Made by a program: the position numbers and the translations under genes
From: Antedon mediterranea
Taxonomy: Eukaryota; Animalia; Echinodermata
DNA: 64,000 nt
Assembly (NCBI RefSeq): GCF_964355755.1
Contig: NC_092674.1
Span: 20,956,001 to 21,020,000 of the forward strand
Direction of reading: 5' to 3'
Notes under the pieces: model-generated
What the model saw: only the letters and a program-made list of their open reading frames with translations
Databases searched by the model: none
What the model was told of the DNA's origin: nothing
Part shown: in pieces, positions 38,791 through 53,559 of the stretch
Layout: every line of letters begins with the position of its first letter
Position numbering within the stretch: position 1 is the stretch's first letter

Positions 38791-40499
38791 GACGAAAGTA
38801 CAAGTACGATGAAGGGAGTCAAAGGTTTAAGAATGACCAAGTAAAACGGAAGTTCGTTCTACGTACCAAATCGTAATTATTTTAGTGAGTTTTATATGAA
38901 ACTTTTAATCGTTTTATTTTATCTTTATAATGGATAACTACTCAAAAGTATGCAATATTTTATCGTTTACTTGTTTTGGTCTGAAAAGTGCTCTGCACTC
39001 TCTTGACCAATGTATTTCAACAATAATTGTGATGTTAATTTTCTTTGTAAGCATTGGCTGAGAACTAGTGAAATTTCATATACTAAAGGGTTCGCTCGCT
39101 TCACTCGCGCACCCTCTAGTGGGTGTACACAAATGGTCCCCAAAAACATGACCAACGCCTCTGGAAATTAAAGCCCGGGTGACACCTATGCATATGACTG
39201 ATGAGTAATGTATGTTTATTTTAATTATTATATTCGGTCTTCCGCCGAATGAGTGTGTGAGATTTGAACCTGTACTGAAATTAAGTTGTGTAAGATGCGA
39301 AATTTATACCAATTATGATTGATTATGTCCCTGTTAGTAATGATGTATGGACACTTGAAAGCAATCGGTCGTCATAGGAACGTAAAGGGGAAAATTTACT
39401 CAATAGATTTATTTATTTGTAAACAAAATGTACATTAAATCTCCTGTAATGATGTAAAACTTTACAACAATTGGTATTAATGCAAATAATATAATTGTAA
39501 AGAACAGTATACGTATAATATACATATATTATATTATTATATATATTATCTGAATGAACGTTACACACAGGAGGAAACCGTTAATAGCGGTCATAAATCA
39601 CTGAACCAGTCTCTACCAAGAGACCAAAATGATAGTTTATCAAAGTGGGTGACAGTGAGCGGGGCTTTAACATTGTATCACAATATATCATAACAATTCA
39701 GCATCTTGTTAATTTTTGAACAAAATGATCAAATAACAACTTTTGTATTCTACTTATAATATCAGTCGTAAAAGACACCATTTATAATTATAAATAGAGC
39801 AAGCAACAGGAATAATCAATAATATAAACAGTGAACGTGTTTCCCTAGTAGGCCTACAATCGCACCTAAATTTGATTAAATGATTAATAAATAGCATAAA
39901 TAATTAGTTCAATTAGCCTCCTATAGTAACATTGAATCGCACCTAAATTTTTGATAAAATGATAAATAGCATAAATAATTAGTTAAATTACTATAACAAA
40001 TTGTATTTCACGTAAATTAAAGGCATTTATAATTGATAGTTGAATATCTAAAACAAATATTTTAATTGTAGTTAACGATCCAGTTGAATCACTAAAATCA
40101 CATGTAGTTCACGTAAAAGTAAAGGCCAATAATAGTTAAATTACTAAAACAAATTGTAGTTCACGTAAAGTAAATGCCTTTAATCAATATAATTGATTAG
40201 TTGAATATCTAAAACAAATTAATTGCAGTAGGCCTAGTTCACGATACGTTGAACCACTAAAATATTTGTATCTAATATTGAATGTCGCCACCAACGGCCA
40301 TTTTGCCGGAAGTGACGGAAGCCAGTTGAACAAAAAGCGCGAGTGTGTGAAAATAACCCTGTGATGTGATATCCACAAATTTTGATAGGTAACGCTAAAT
40401 TTTGCCGTTGTAAAAGACAAAAATGGAACAATAGCGTAGTACTGAAAACTAATGTTATCAAATCTACCGTACGTTTCGCGGTACATCTAAGATAAATAA

Positions 40500-41822
40500 G
40501 GTAGGTATCCAAGGTGGAGATTTATATCGAAGTTTTTTCATTGTGCTTGCCTATGTCAGAATTAACCACAATTTATATATAGATTAATGAACATTTTGGA
40601 ATCAAAGGATATCAGACTTTCTTGAAATCAGGTATGAATCCGTAAAAAAAAGTGTCAACCGGCAAACCCCACGGAGGTATTGGCTTCATATGTAAGTTTG
40701 CAAAAGACATAGTTTACAGAGAAATTTCGATCGAACACAAACTCATAAGCGCAATTCAGACGGTGAAAGATGGTAATATTTTATTGTCCATTTTTGGTGT
40801 TGTATATGCCCCATTTTGATCAGTCGTATGACCAGCTACAACTGTATGCTAAAACAATTCATGCGTTGCAGGGATACATTGATGATTATGATTATAGTCC
40901 GGTCATTATTGTGGGGTATCTGAATTATGCCTCACTACAAAAAAATTCAATTTACAACTAAATTGGTTTAAATCGCATCCATTTAAACGTTCATAATATC
41001 ATTATGTACGATTCTATATGTGATAATGATTTCTCTGTTTGTAATTTTGATTTTAACCAATTTATTGACCACACTTATTTTAAAGGTATCCGCCGTAGCT
41101 AGATCGACCATGTAATTGTTAACAAATACTCTCGTAGCAAGATCAGCTGTCGAATTCTAAGAGACATCCCGAACAATACCAGTGATCTCTCCTCTTATTA
41201 CCAAACTTGACATGAAGGTAAATATATTCTGAAAAAAAGATAAGAATAATGATCAATGATCAATGATCTATGGTATTTCCGAAGTGTCACTGTGAAAAAC
41301 AAAAGTTTCTGTCGTGAATTTGAAAGTAATTTCAAATCTAAGATTGATCAAATTAAATACCAATAAAATTGTATTAATGATCAAGAATCGGCTCAGTCCT
41401 CTATTCTTGCAATTCCCGTACAACTAAAAATAGTTGTAGTTCAAGAAAGAGAGTAAACTGGTGGAATAGCAAATGTACAATTTCCAGGGACAGACAACTT
41501 TTTTGGTTTGGTATATGGAAAGACTGTGGGGAGGGGGGGGGGGGGGTCTAGATCCGGCCAGATATGTTCATGTTATAAACTTGCCAAAAAACACTATAGA
41601 CTCGATCGTCCGTTAAAAATGCTGCTAACAAAAATTACTCCACTTTGAATAGGTTATATAAAGAAAAAGAAAATCCCAACAAAATCTGGAACGCAACTAA
41701 TAATTCTACGGGTAAAAGGAACTTAAATCCCAATGATATATCTATTCAATCATTAACCGACTTCTACGAGTCTAAGTTTGTTCCTAACACCTCTGTATCC
41801 CCAGTTATAGAAAAGGCTAAGG
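40500..41822 (+). mobile_element. Degenerate LINE fragment (APE endonuclease region), truncated at the BEL/Pao LTR
   Basis: Broken motifs GKPHGGIGFI, LYMP, IIVG.LN, IDHVIV, NTSD, WWN..C. Confidence 0.6.
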
Positions 41823-42888
41823 TGTAATTGGACCAGGGGAGCCGGGACGCCCTCTATACCAATGAGTATAACCAAGGAACACAAACACTTGAGTACGGGT
41901 ACTTCTTTGTCTTTATTCCAAAGCGGTAAAATTGCAAACAAACATAATCGATACATAGTCTAGTCACAAACATCATGAATAAAATGATTAATGGATTTAT
42001 ATAGTAAATATGTCAGAATGGTGAAATATTAAATTCTCTACAAACAGAGATTATCAACTGTTTGCAAACTTCAATTTCTTACAATAAAGTTTAGCGTTAC
42101 GCATAACACACTTCAGTTACATCAAAACTGACTGACATTTAACCTACGAACAATCGAATGTAAACATAATAACTGATTATTACAAATAAACTTACAGAGT
42201 GTGACTCAACATAATACGGAATCAATCTGAGGAAGCTTCGGGAAGCAAATCACTTGGATAAATTTAAAATGTCTAAAAAGAAACATATTATCACTAAATA
42301 ATAACGTTGGTAAACACCGCCCTCAATCTCTAAACTAACTCATAAATATTCATGACTAAGAAAAATCGGCGAGTGGAGGTCCTTTAGCAGAAGCTATAAA
42401 TGACCAGAAACTAAGAAAATTATACGATTAAATTATAACCTTCTAGTGCTTAAAATATATATGGATAAACGCTAGTTGTATTTTAGGCTTAACATACGGC
42501 ATACAGTGCTAACATATGGCATACAACGTTAACATAGGTGTACATTCTTCGTTAACGGGAAGCTCGAAACAACGACGAGCCACACCTTGTCATCCTCGTG
42601 GTAACATGTTGGACCAAAGATCCATAAAATTCTTCTAATATAATAAGTAACAGCTAACAAAATAACAACTATCAGATTCTAAGGTAAAAACATAACTACT
42701 ATAATATAGGTTCCGAAACTCACCAGAAAACATTAAAACGGTGATAAACACAGGTAACTTTGCATCTTAAAGATACATCTTTCAAAGATGACTAACTTGT
42801 TAAAAAGAAAGTAACCTTGCGGTAGAGCTAACCTTAGTTGACCCCAGAGGGCACTACGATCAATAAAACTCTTCAAACAGACAGCACA
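41823..42888 (-). repeat. 3' LTR of BEL/Pao element
   Basis: Direct repeat of 49002-50053. Confidence 0.92.
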
Positions 42889-43151
42889 CTCCCTCCAGTG
42901 ATGACCGCATCATCACTAAAAATGATCGTACCAAGTTACATGAGGGACAACAAAACATAAAACAAGCGCTACTGACTTAACATAAGTAGACCCTTACTTG
43001 CTACAACCATTAATAACATGAGATATTAAGATACAATTGTATTACTGTATTATTATTAAGCTACCTTTAACTTATTGTTATTAAAAACCATTATTTAACT
43101 AAAACTACAAAAAATGCATTATCTGTTGTAATGCTAACAAAGTCCTCCAAG

Positions 43152-46100
43152 CTAGTCTTCGGATGGAATTAATAATATCAGCTCACTTATGGGTCTCAGC
43201 ATGGTCTTCTTTCTATCCTCAACAATCATTTCTACGTTCACCTTACGGATATGACCATCTTCAGCGGCTGCTGTGTTCACAACTCTACCCAACGGCCAAT
43301 CATTTCGATGAAGGTCATGTTTCACGAGAACGATATCTCCGATCTTCAAATCACGTTTGGTAGTTTGCCACTTTGTACGTGTTTGTAACAAAAGCAGATA
43401 ATCTTTGCGCCACTTTGACCAAAACATATTGGCAAGGTGTTGCACACGTCTCCACTGACTTCGTAATAGGTCGTTTTTATTAAAGGGACCATCTGGAGCC
43501 GTCACTGGCGAAGATTTCATAGTGAGTAACATGCTGGGTGACAAATTCAATGGCAGCTCGGGAATATCACTATCTGGCAAAAGTGGTCTCTCGAATTAAT
43601 TGTAGCAGCCACCTCTGCCATCAATGTGACAAAGACTTCATGAGTTATCTGACTTGGCTTTACGTCTCTCATGACGCCATCCAATATGCGTCTGGCAATT
43701 CCTATCATGCGTTCCCATGCACCTCCCATATGGGATGCATGTGGTGGGTTAAAAATCCACTCACAGCCATGATCGAGAAGGAACCGTTTAACAGTATTCT
43801 TATCGTGTAGTTCATGGCCTAGCTTACTGCAAGCTCCAACAAAATTTGTTCCACAATCCGACCTGATCTGCTTTGCTGGACCACGGATGGCGAAAAATCG
43901 TCGCAGGGCATTGATGAAGGAAGAACTATCCATTGATTCCAGAACTTCAATATGCACGCCTCGTGTGTACATGCATGTAAACATCACTGCCCACCTTTTA
44001 GCCTGGCAGCTGGCTCTGGTTTTTCCTCTACTGATTTGAAAAGGTAGATTTGCCATAATCTGGGTTTCGTGTTTTCCTCGCAGTCTTCTGCATGTCACAC
44101 AACCTTGAATTACCTTAGCTACTTGCTTATGTCCTCCTAACACCCAATATCCTTCACTGCGCAACCTTCCAAGCGTGATGTGTCTGCCCTGATGGTTGCA
44201 TTGTTGATGCAAGTGCTTGATTACGAGATCGGTTATGTGGTTGTTTTTTGGAAGAATTATAGGATTGGTTGCTCTTTCAGATAACTGAGCATGCTTTAGT
44301 CTGCCGCCAACTCTAAGTATTCCTTTTTGATCCAGGTATGGTTGGAGTGCGATCAACTTGTTATTTTTTGAAAGTTTCTCCTTCTTCACCTCCTCTATCT
44401 CTTTGCTAAAGGTTTCACTCTGAAGGCTTCTTAAAATAGTTGTTTCCGCTTCTTGAAGATCTCTAGGGGACTTTACTTGTTTATCCTTGCGGCTGGAATT
44501 ATTTTTCCATGACTTAGCCACACCCTTCAGATTAGATATAGCTCTCTTAATGACCTTCCATGAAGAGAACCTGCTGAACCTATGGTTACCAAGCCCTCTA
44601 GAGGGTATTACGGTCTTCTTACAACTAACGGCTGCTTCAGGATACACCTCAGGGTCGTTTGCAAGTAACTCAACATCAAATCCCATCATGTCTCCTTCTG
44701 CTGCCCGACATGTACGTAAAATCTCCGGCCCTACTATCCACATGGAAGTTTTTAGATCGGACGCAGGAATTGACCTGGATGCTTGGTCGGACGGGTTTCT
44801 CGCAGACGGTACATACCTCCATTGTCCTGGGGTTGACGTTCGGAGTATTTTGGAAACACGATTACATACATACGTGCGAAAGCGCCGCTTGCGATTCGTC
44901 AGATAACCTAACACTACCTTGCTATCGGTGTAGAAAATTGAATGGTATCTCAATTTTGAGCTCATGTCTGACATATTCTTCGATCTCTGTAGCAAGAACT
45001 GACGCACACAATTCGAGTCTTGGAATGGTCGTAGCTGCCTTGGGTGCAAGCTTAGCTTTTCCCCTCACTAATCTGACATAAATCTCTCCGTCAGCGCTAA
45101 CAGACTTTAGGTAGCAAGCTGCACCAATTGCCGCATTAGATGCATCGCCAAAAGTATGGAGTTCCATTCTTTGTACATATTTCGAGGGGTAAGGTGTGAA
45201 AGGCCGTGGTATCTGTACCCCTTCCAGATCCTTCAGGGAGTATCTCCATGTCCTCCAGTCCTGTAATAAGTCTTGTGGAAGTGGGTCATCCCAACCAACA
45301 TTGTCCTTTGACATCTCGCGGAGTAACATTTTCCCCTTGATTATGACTGGGGCAGCTAGACCCATGGGGTCGTAAACACCATTTACTTCCGACAACACCA
45401 TCCTTTTGGTACTTGAATTTGGATTCGGTTCTGCTATCCGGAACGTAAATGTGTCCTCTTGTAGGTTCCAACACACTCCCAGTGTTCGCTGAATTGATTT
45501 GATCCAGTTTGGATGTAATTTCATTTTCAACCAAGGAAGCTGCTGGAGCTAACTCTTCTGGCTTGAAAGCAGCCAGAACGTCAGGATTGGTAGACGTAAA
45601 CTTGTGCAGTCGAATATTTGCGGTTGACAGGAGATCTCTTGTTCGTTTCAAAATATCAACAGCCTCCTCCACAGTTGGTAGGGATTTGAGCAGATCATCC
45701 ATGTAGAAGTTGTCATCAATCAGTTGCTTGACATCCATACCAAAAACAGCAGCTCCTTCCATTCCCGTCTTCCTTAGACCGCTGATGGCCACTGCTGGAG
45801 ATGGTTTATTTCCAAATATATGGACTGACATGCAGTATGTTACGATTTCTGCATCAGGCTGATTATCTTTGAACCACAGAAAACGTAGAAATTTCCTGTG
45901 ATCTTCTCGCACTTTAAATGCGTAAAACATCTGTTCAATGTCACCCGTCACTGCTACTGGTTCTTCGCGGAATCGAATGAGTACTCCGAGTAACTGGTTC
46001 ATTAGATCTGGGCCAGACAAAAGAGTGTCGTTTAGCGAAACACCGTTGAACGTAGCACTGGAGTCAAAAACCACTCTTAACTTGTCAGGTTTTTGCGGGT

Positions 46101-48970
46101 GATACACGCCAAAGTGAGGAAGATACCAAGCTTCATCTTCTTCTTTCAGAAACTTATTCTCTACCCGACACGCAAGCCTTTTATCCAGTATCTTGCCCAT
46201 AAAATCAAAGTAATGAGCTTTCTTTTTAGGATTTTTATTCAAGGAACTGACAAGCGTCTTCATCCTTTGTGTTGCTTGACACTTGTTGTTGGGGAGTTTT
46301 TGCCGACCTGTTTTGAATGGCAAGGGTGCAACCCAATTACCAGCTGCATCTTTTACCATCTCTTGACTCATAAGATTAGAAAACTCCAAATCTTCAGTTG
46401 AACGGCCTAATTCTTCGTCACCTGCAGTCTGTGTAAAAATGTCTGCACCAAATTGCTTTTCGTGATTTAGAATCTGACATATTTCTACTGCATTTTCGCA
46501 GGGTCGAAAGTTGGCTGAATTACGTCCATTGGTTAGTTGCGTGTAGTACGTACTGATGGCCTCTTTCTGGTTTGTTAGATCTTGTCGAAGGTGTGCACCA
46601 TTTAAACACACCTCTCCTATCACAACCCAGCCAAGATCTACGCGATGTGCCCAGGGTTCTTGATCTTCTCCGTTTATGACTTCCCTAACTTTGTGGAATT
46701 GGGGAGCATCCCTTCCAATCAGAATTCAAACATCTGCGTCTTTCTTTAAAGGCGGTATAAGATGTGAGATTGGCTCCAGATGTTTGAATGCTTCGGCAGC
46801 TTCCGGAGGAGGAATTTCCGACACGTCACCAGGGATACCACTGCATTCGTACAAAGTAGGGGCAGGAATAGAAGATGTTCCGTCCAGGCTTTCGATGACA
46901 AGTACAGAAACTTTTCTTCCGTCTATTTCTTGATGGCCCCCAACAGTCTTTACCATATAAACATGCGATTCGCATTGTAAGTTGAGGCCATCTATAAGTT
47001 TGCCACTAATGAGTGATCCATCACTTTGGTCGTCAATCAATACGTACGTTTTAATAATATTAGTAGGATTACTTGTGTGGTACACCTTCGCGAGACATAT
47101 TTTTGCGCAGGATCTTCCATGTTTTCGCTGACCACATACTCTGGTACACTTATTGTTTACTTTATCTGCCGTTGTTTCTGTCGGCATCGGTGAAGGCTTC
47201 TGTGGCGATGCTGTAGGAGGTTCTTTTGGGGCGCTGATGGGGGTTGGTTTGGCTTAAGCTCTCGGTGCATGATCGTCAAATGCGGCTTTTCACATTTTTC
47301 ACACTTAACTTGTGATTTGCAATTTCTTGATCGATGGTTTGGCTTTAGGCACCTGAAGCATAGCCTATGTTCTTTTATTAGTTCAGACTTTTCTTCTAAA
47401 GTCTTGCCCCTGAATTGTCGACACTCCACTAGACTGTGGCTTGTATTGTGTATAGGACACATTGATCCTTTCGGTGGCATGGCCCGCTTGTACATAATTC
47501 CGTTTTTTGGGCAGTGACTGTTGGTTTACGAGAGAACTGTTCTTCTGACTTTGAAGGGTTCAAAGGAAACAGGAAACTCGGGTCATTTTGTAGTTTAGCT
47601 TGGTGTTGCACAAACTTCACAAAAACTTCAAAGGGTGGAAAACTCACGTTGTTCTTCTCCTTGTATTCTGACCCTTTCGTTCGCCATTTACCTTGGAGTC
47701 TCTCTGAAAGTTTTTGCATTAATGGCAGTAAGCCTGATGCCGAGTCTAGGACCAGTAGACCCGAATATTTCTGTGCATCTTTCGTATACTGGGCTTCTAA
47801 TAGCAGATACCCAAACTGCTCCAATTTTAGATGATCCCGATTGTTGATTTTTGGAAATTCGTTTAATCTTCTTAGTACGTATTCAACAGCTTCACACGAA
47901 CCATATTTCCCTTAAAGAAATTCCCACATGCGGGGTAAGCCTACTTCAGGTCTGTCGGTATGGATGCCATGGATTGGTACCAGTAAAGTCCTTGGTTCGT
48001 TCTCTAGGGAATCAAGGATAAGGTCCATTTCCTGGAAGGCTTTCAGGTCTAAATCTTTTGTTGCTTGCTTGAAGCTGGCTTTCCACGCCCTGAACTCGGA
48101 TATCTTCCCACTGAACTTCCTTATCCCACTCCTTATTAGGTCTTTTCGCACCATCATGTTGCTTATTGAATTAAGGTTTTCTTTCAATAAAGGAGTCTCA
48201 TTTGGGTTCAACTCGACCTTAGGTGGAACAGGCAATTGAACAGATGCTTGAGTGTGAGGCTGAAATTGTGTTCGAACCGGTAGCTGTGATGTTGGCTGAA
48301 ACTCAGGCTGAACAGGAGGTTGCATTGTCACTTCAACTGGGGATTGTACGGGTGCTCGAAACGCTGGCTGAAACTCAGGCTGAACAGGAGGTTGCATTGT
48401 CACTTCCACTGGGGATTGTATGGGTGCTCGAAACGCTGGTTGAAACTGAGGTTCGACAGGCGATCGCATTGGTGCTTGCACAGGCAGTTGCGCTGGTGCT
48501 CCAACCGGGGATTGCACGGATGCTTGAATACTCGGTTGAAACTGTGGTTGAGCAATTGGATGAAACCTTGCCTCTAGCGGCTCAGTTGGACCATCAGCAG
48601 GAAAAAAGACATCTGCATCTGTCAAGAGGTATTCCTGCACTCTGACTACTGGATCTGAAACCGGAATTCCAAGATCACGAGACGAATACCAACCTATGTC
48701 TTGTTCTTCTGCAGCTGCTTCCAGAACTTTAGCTTCAGCTTCCGACATTGCCAAATCCTTATCTGCTTCCAGGAGCAGCATGGCATTTGCAATCTGTTGT
48801 TCTTTAGCCTTTAAAGCAGCTTCTTGGTGAGCAAACTCCCTTCTTGTCTTCAGTGCCTCGACTTTAGCACGGGCTCGTACCGCTGCTGAACTCGTACTTG
48901 ACTGGTGGCTTGACCTACAGGAAGGTGCCTTGCTACTTTTGACATCAAGAGAATCTCCTTGCATATCCAT
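43152..48970 (-). pseudogene. BEL/Pao gag-pol with several frameshifts and stops
   Basis: Zn knuckles CPIH...C, CFRC...H...C; protease LIDDQSDGSLI; RT YLPHFGV, RVVFD, DIEQMF, FYMDD; RNase H FGDAS, TIPRLEL, YTDS; integrase H...H...CVTC, SDCGTNF, GGAWER; C-terminal WPLGRV. Confidence 0.92.
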
Positions 48971-49001
48971 CGTAGAATCAGTACTGTGATACTCTTTTTA
49001 C

Positions 49002-50053
49002 TGTAATTGGACCTGGGGAGCCGGGACGCCCTCTATACCAATGAGTATAACCAAGGAACACAAACACTTGAGTACGGGTACTTCTTTGTCTTTATTCCAA
49101 AGCGGTAAAACTGCAAACAAACATAATCGATACATAGTCTAGTCACAAACATCATGAATGAAATGATTAATGGATTTATATAGTAAATATGTCAGAATGG
49201 TGAAATATTACATTCTCTACAAACAGAGATTATCAACTGTTTACAAACTTCAATTTCTTACAATAAAGTTCAGCGTTACGCATAACACACTTCAGTATAC
49301 ATCAAAACCTATGAACAATCGAATGTAAACATAATAACTGATTATTACAAATAAACTTACAGAGTGTGACTCAACATAATACGGATTCAATCTGAGGAAG
49401 CTTCGGGAAGCAAATCACTTGGATAACTTTAAAATGTCTAAAAAGAAACATATTATCACTAAATAATAACGTTGGTAAACACCGCCCTCAATCTCTAAAC
49501 TAACTCATAAATATTCATGACTAAGAAAAATCGGCGAGTGGAGGTCCTTTAGAAGAAGCTATAAATGACCAGAAACTAAGAAAATTATACGATTAAATTA
49601 TAACCTTCTAGTGCTTAAAATATATATGGATAAACGCTAGTTGTATTTTAGGCTTAACATACGGCATACAGTGCTAACATATGGCATACAACGTTAACAT
49701 AGGTGTACATTCTTCGTTAACGGGAAGCTCGAAACAACGACGAGCCACACCTTGTCATCCTCGTGGTAACATGTTGGACCAAAGATCCATAAAATTCTTC
49801 TAATATAATAAGTAACAGCTAACAAAATAACAACTATCAGATTCTAAGGTAAAAACATAACTACTATAATATAGGTTCCGAAACTCACCAGAAAACATTA
49901 AAACGGTGATAAACACAGGTAACTTTGCATCTTAAAGATACATCTTTCAAAGATGACTAACTTGTTAAAAAGAAAGTAACCTTGCGGTAGAGCTAATCTT
50001 AGTTGACCCCAGAGGGCGCTACGATCAATAAAACTCCTCAAACGGACAGCACA
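49002..50053 (-). repeat. 5' LTR of BEL/Pao element
   Basis: Direct repeat of 41823-42888, ~14 bp shorter. Confidence 0.92.
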
Positions 50054-52139
50054 AAATGGACTATGGATAGGAAAGGGCGATGGATCAGGAAAGAATGGGG
50101 CCATCATTACATGGGGTAGTTGGAGAACGTACGGATATAAATATTGTATGAGAAGTTTCAAAATGATGGTCAGACCATTCAACACGTTTTAGATAACTCT
50201 TCAATATTAAAATGGAAAACAATCAATAGTAAACTGAGGGTTAATTGTATGTTTTGTATCGACATTTTTATGGCAAATTTATATAAAAATATTGTAAATG
50301 AATGCTTTAAATTGTTCTGTTTTAAAAAATATTGGCAAATTTTAAATAAAAAGGTTTAGAAAATTAATTATGTATTATTTAGTATTCCAATTAATTATAG
50401 GAATGATCTATTTTGATGTGCTGATTACAACAGTGTGTAATTTTTATCTCATTTTAAAAGCTCTGCTAACATTTCTGACTGTTTTACTTCTCGTTTTGAT
50501 TTAGCTTTTCGCTTTTATTTTGTATCTCCATTGTGATCCAGCCACTGATACCCACAGCATTGTCATTTTTTTCAGTAATATGCCTTTGGATATACATATA
50601 TATATATATATATGTTTTTATTTATGGAAGTGAAGTGAAGTTTGACTTTTTATGTTTTTGTAACCTAATCACCGATATTTCCAATTTACATTAAGTGATC
50701 ATAATAAAGCCACTGATTTGACGAACATTCTTTTTGTCGTATAATTGTGTGTTGAGACCTGAAACTTGCAGAAAATTGATTAGAAATTGATTTTCGCAAT
50801 ATAAAATTTTAATTGTGCGTGCGCGCTGAATTTATTGCGCAATAGGCCATTTTTATTCCATACAAACTTGACAACTTATATAAATTATGATTTTATAAAC
50901 CTTAAATAAAAATGACTTATTGTTTTGAATTTATGATAATCCGAATCATAGAATTTCATAAAATAACACGTACGTTACGCTGCGCAAGTTCGGCGTTAAC
51001 GAAAACTTTATTACTTCAGATAAAGGTTTCATTTCTGGTAAAGTTACAAAATACTATGCTTACAAGTTTTTGCCCCAAATAGGGGTATTTTCCGATCGTG
51101 GTATACACTGTCTAATGGATGTCAATTTGAAAAATTCCCGCACACAATAATACGAGGACACTTCGCATTTTCCTATCTCCTCCTACGATAATTGTTTTTA
51201 ATAGCTGAAAACCGATTGAACAGTTCGAGTACAGCATCATAATGTTGAAGACAGGCCGATTTTCTTTTAAAAATGCTATTTTGATACATGTAATATACGT
51301 TTTTACAAATGTATTGATTTGTGATGAATGGAACATTCCAAATTATTTGGTTTAACCATAGAGGTATAGATTTAGATTTATGGGCCCCCTTGGAGAATAA
51401 ACATAAATAGTTTTGCAATGCTGTACAATACTGTTAAGGTATTAACCACTTTTGATCGCAATTTGAATCGCAAATTTCTTACTGTGAGTGTTGGTACTGT
51501 TAGATATAATATAAACAAATATACAAATAAACTTTATTACTGTGAGTGTGGGTAGGCCCTACTGTTAGATTATAAACATATAATATACAAATAAATAAAC
51601 GTTATTACTGACAGTTGCTTCTCAACGTTTGTATTAAATAATAATTTAAAAATATATAAACGTACGTAGTGGTGTATCGTTACATGTACTTTACTATTTC
51701 AATCGACTATGACAGTGAGAGTTTTAACAAAGTATTAAATCGTAAATGTTTTACTGTATTTAGTGGTATATTATTTATAGGCCTATAAAACATTAAAAAC
51801 AATATTTCGTTACTGAGTGGATAAGAATATATTTTAAAATGTTTCCTCTTTGTACCTATCTTCTTCCCCCATCCCTCAACCCTTAATGTTACATACAAAA
51901 CACAAATTGTGTTTGTTTAAATGAGTCCAAATAAAAAAATTTGACTCATTTTGTTTCTCTCTCGGAAGTAATTCCCAGGGTGCTAATTTTAGCTGACTAC
52001 ATAAATCATCGTGTATATTTATTCGTTTCTGTAAACGACAATGTATTATAGTCCTGCAGTACGTACATTTGAAATCTCCATTTTTTTCTCGCTGGAAAAT
52101 ACTGTGTATTCGAGAACCATCTGTGGGCACGACCTAGAT

Positions 52140-52171
52140 TGTACGCGAGCGAAGCGAGCGTACCATCTAGT
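52140..52171 (+). mobile_element. Helitron-like 3' end motif
   Basis: gtacgcgagcgaagcgagcgtac hairpin then CTAG|T; similar motif in reverse at ~39075-39110. Confidence 0.45.
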
Positions 52172-53559
52172 TATACTAATTAAACTAACTATAATCTTTC
52201 TACAGATAAGATCTTAGCATATTGTAATATACAAAAGATTTTTTTTTAAAGCCCATTATTTTGCTTTATCATTCTAAATTAACTTGATCTTCAGCATATT
52301 GTAATATTATTATGAATTGACAATTTATAATTGGACCTATTTACTCATACATAGCGAACGCATGACTGAACATTACTGGCAAGTAGTTCTTCCAAATAAA
52401 AGTCTTTTCGTCATTAAATGAGTGAGCATAGAGCATATAATCGGTGTCACTTCTGGAGGAATTAAAATATAATTGTGTAGCCTATACACAAATTACAGCG
52501 TGTACGTTGGTCTTCAGAAACCTGTTCGCTCATAAGTAAGTTTAATATTTATTTTCACTTATATTTTTATCTGTTTAAGTTAAGGTGAAAATAAAGAATA
52601 ATACATTAATATAACAATTCACTTTCATTTTTACGAGGTTGTTAAATTATAATTTTGCTAAAAAAATAGGGTAGTCAATAAGCGCATTAGATTGGACATC
52701 CTGATATCAATGTTATGGTTTTTACATATCTTAACCACATTTTACACAACCACAAATTACTGGTTAAATAACCTTATATTGTTTCTTAGACGCACTATTG
52801 GTAGTTCGTCGGTGAGCACAAGCATATTTTACAAATCTTAGACTGGACTAGCGTCTATTTCTGCTTATGTCAAGATAGTTTAAAAGTGCTAAAGTGAAAT
52901 ACTGAGGTTTTTAATAAAAATGTTGATCTATGGAATGGGTTTCGTCATTAAGTTTGAAGTAAAGTAAACGTAAACATCCGATTGGGTAAATTTGTAAAAC
53001 TTATAAAAACTTGAGAGACCCGTGTTGCTAAACACGTTTAATAAACTCCTGACTCACCAAACAACTTATTATTTGTTCATTTTTGTTACCCTGACTTTCT
53101 ACTCAATATTTTTTATTCAGTTTGAAGTTCAGATTTTCCTAACTTTATCTTTTCAGATTTTTAGTAATGACATTTTTACAGTGAGATGTACACATTCCCC
53201 CTTTCCGTAAAAAAAAGAACCCCTGATTCTTGTGTAGAGAATTATGTCTAACGACAAACGAGAATAAATTCTGCGTTGAATGCTGAGGGCAACCTAGTAC
53301 CATGGGCTACTGTAGCATTTTCTGTCACTTATTAAATGAATCAATGCTGCACTCAGCAGACACGATATTGCTAGTTTGCGATACAAAATTTAAAAAATGT
53401 ATCTTTTACAGTAAATACAAAGTACAGACGTGGTGCATCTTTCGTAATTTTATCATAAGTCGTATTTCTTTCCTGATTGTAGAATTAAGTTCTAGAATGT
53501 TTTTGATTACTTATCTACGAATTGTTTTCTTATTTATTAAGAATAAGTGATAAATTGCA

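Larger units (their letters stand above)
41823..50053 (-). mobile_element. BEL/Pao LTR retrotransposon, full length but with a disrupted ORF
   Basis: Near-identical LTRs 41823-42888 and 49002-50053 (TG...CA); polypurine ggagggag before the 3' LTR; gag-PR-RT-RH-IN order. Confidence 0.95.

Noticed and set aside
43163-48645. Plus-strand ORFs within the BEL/Pao element, and other antisense ORFs over RT, FAMeT and ABCC exons
   Set aside because: Shadow frames of real coding sequence on the opposite strand.
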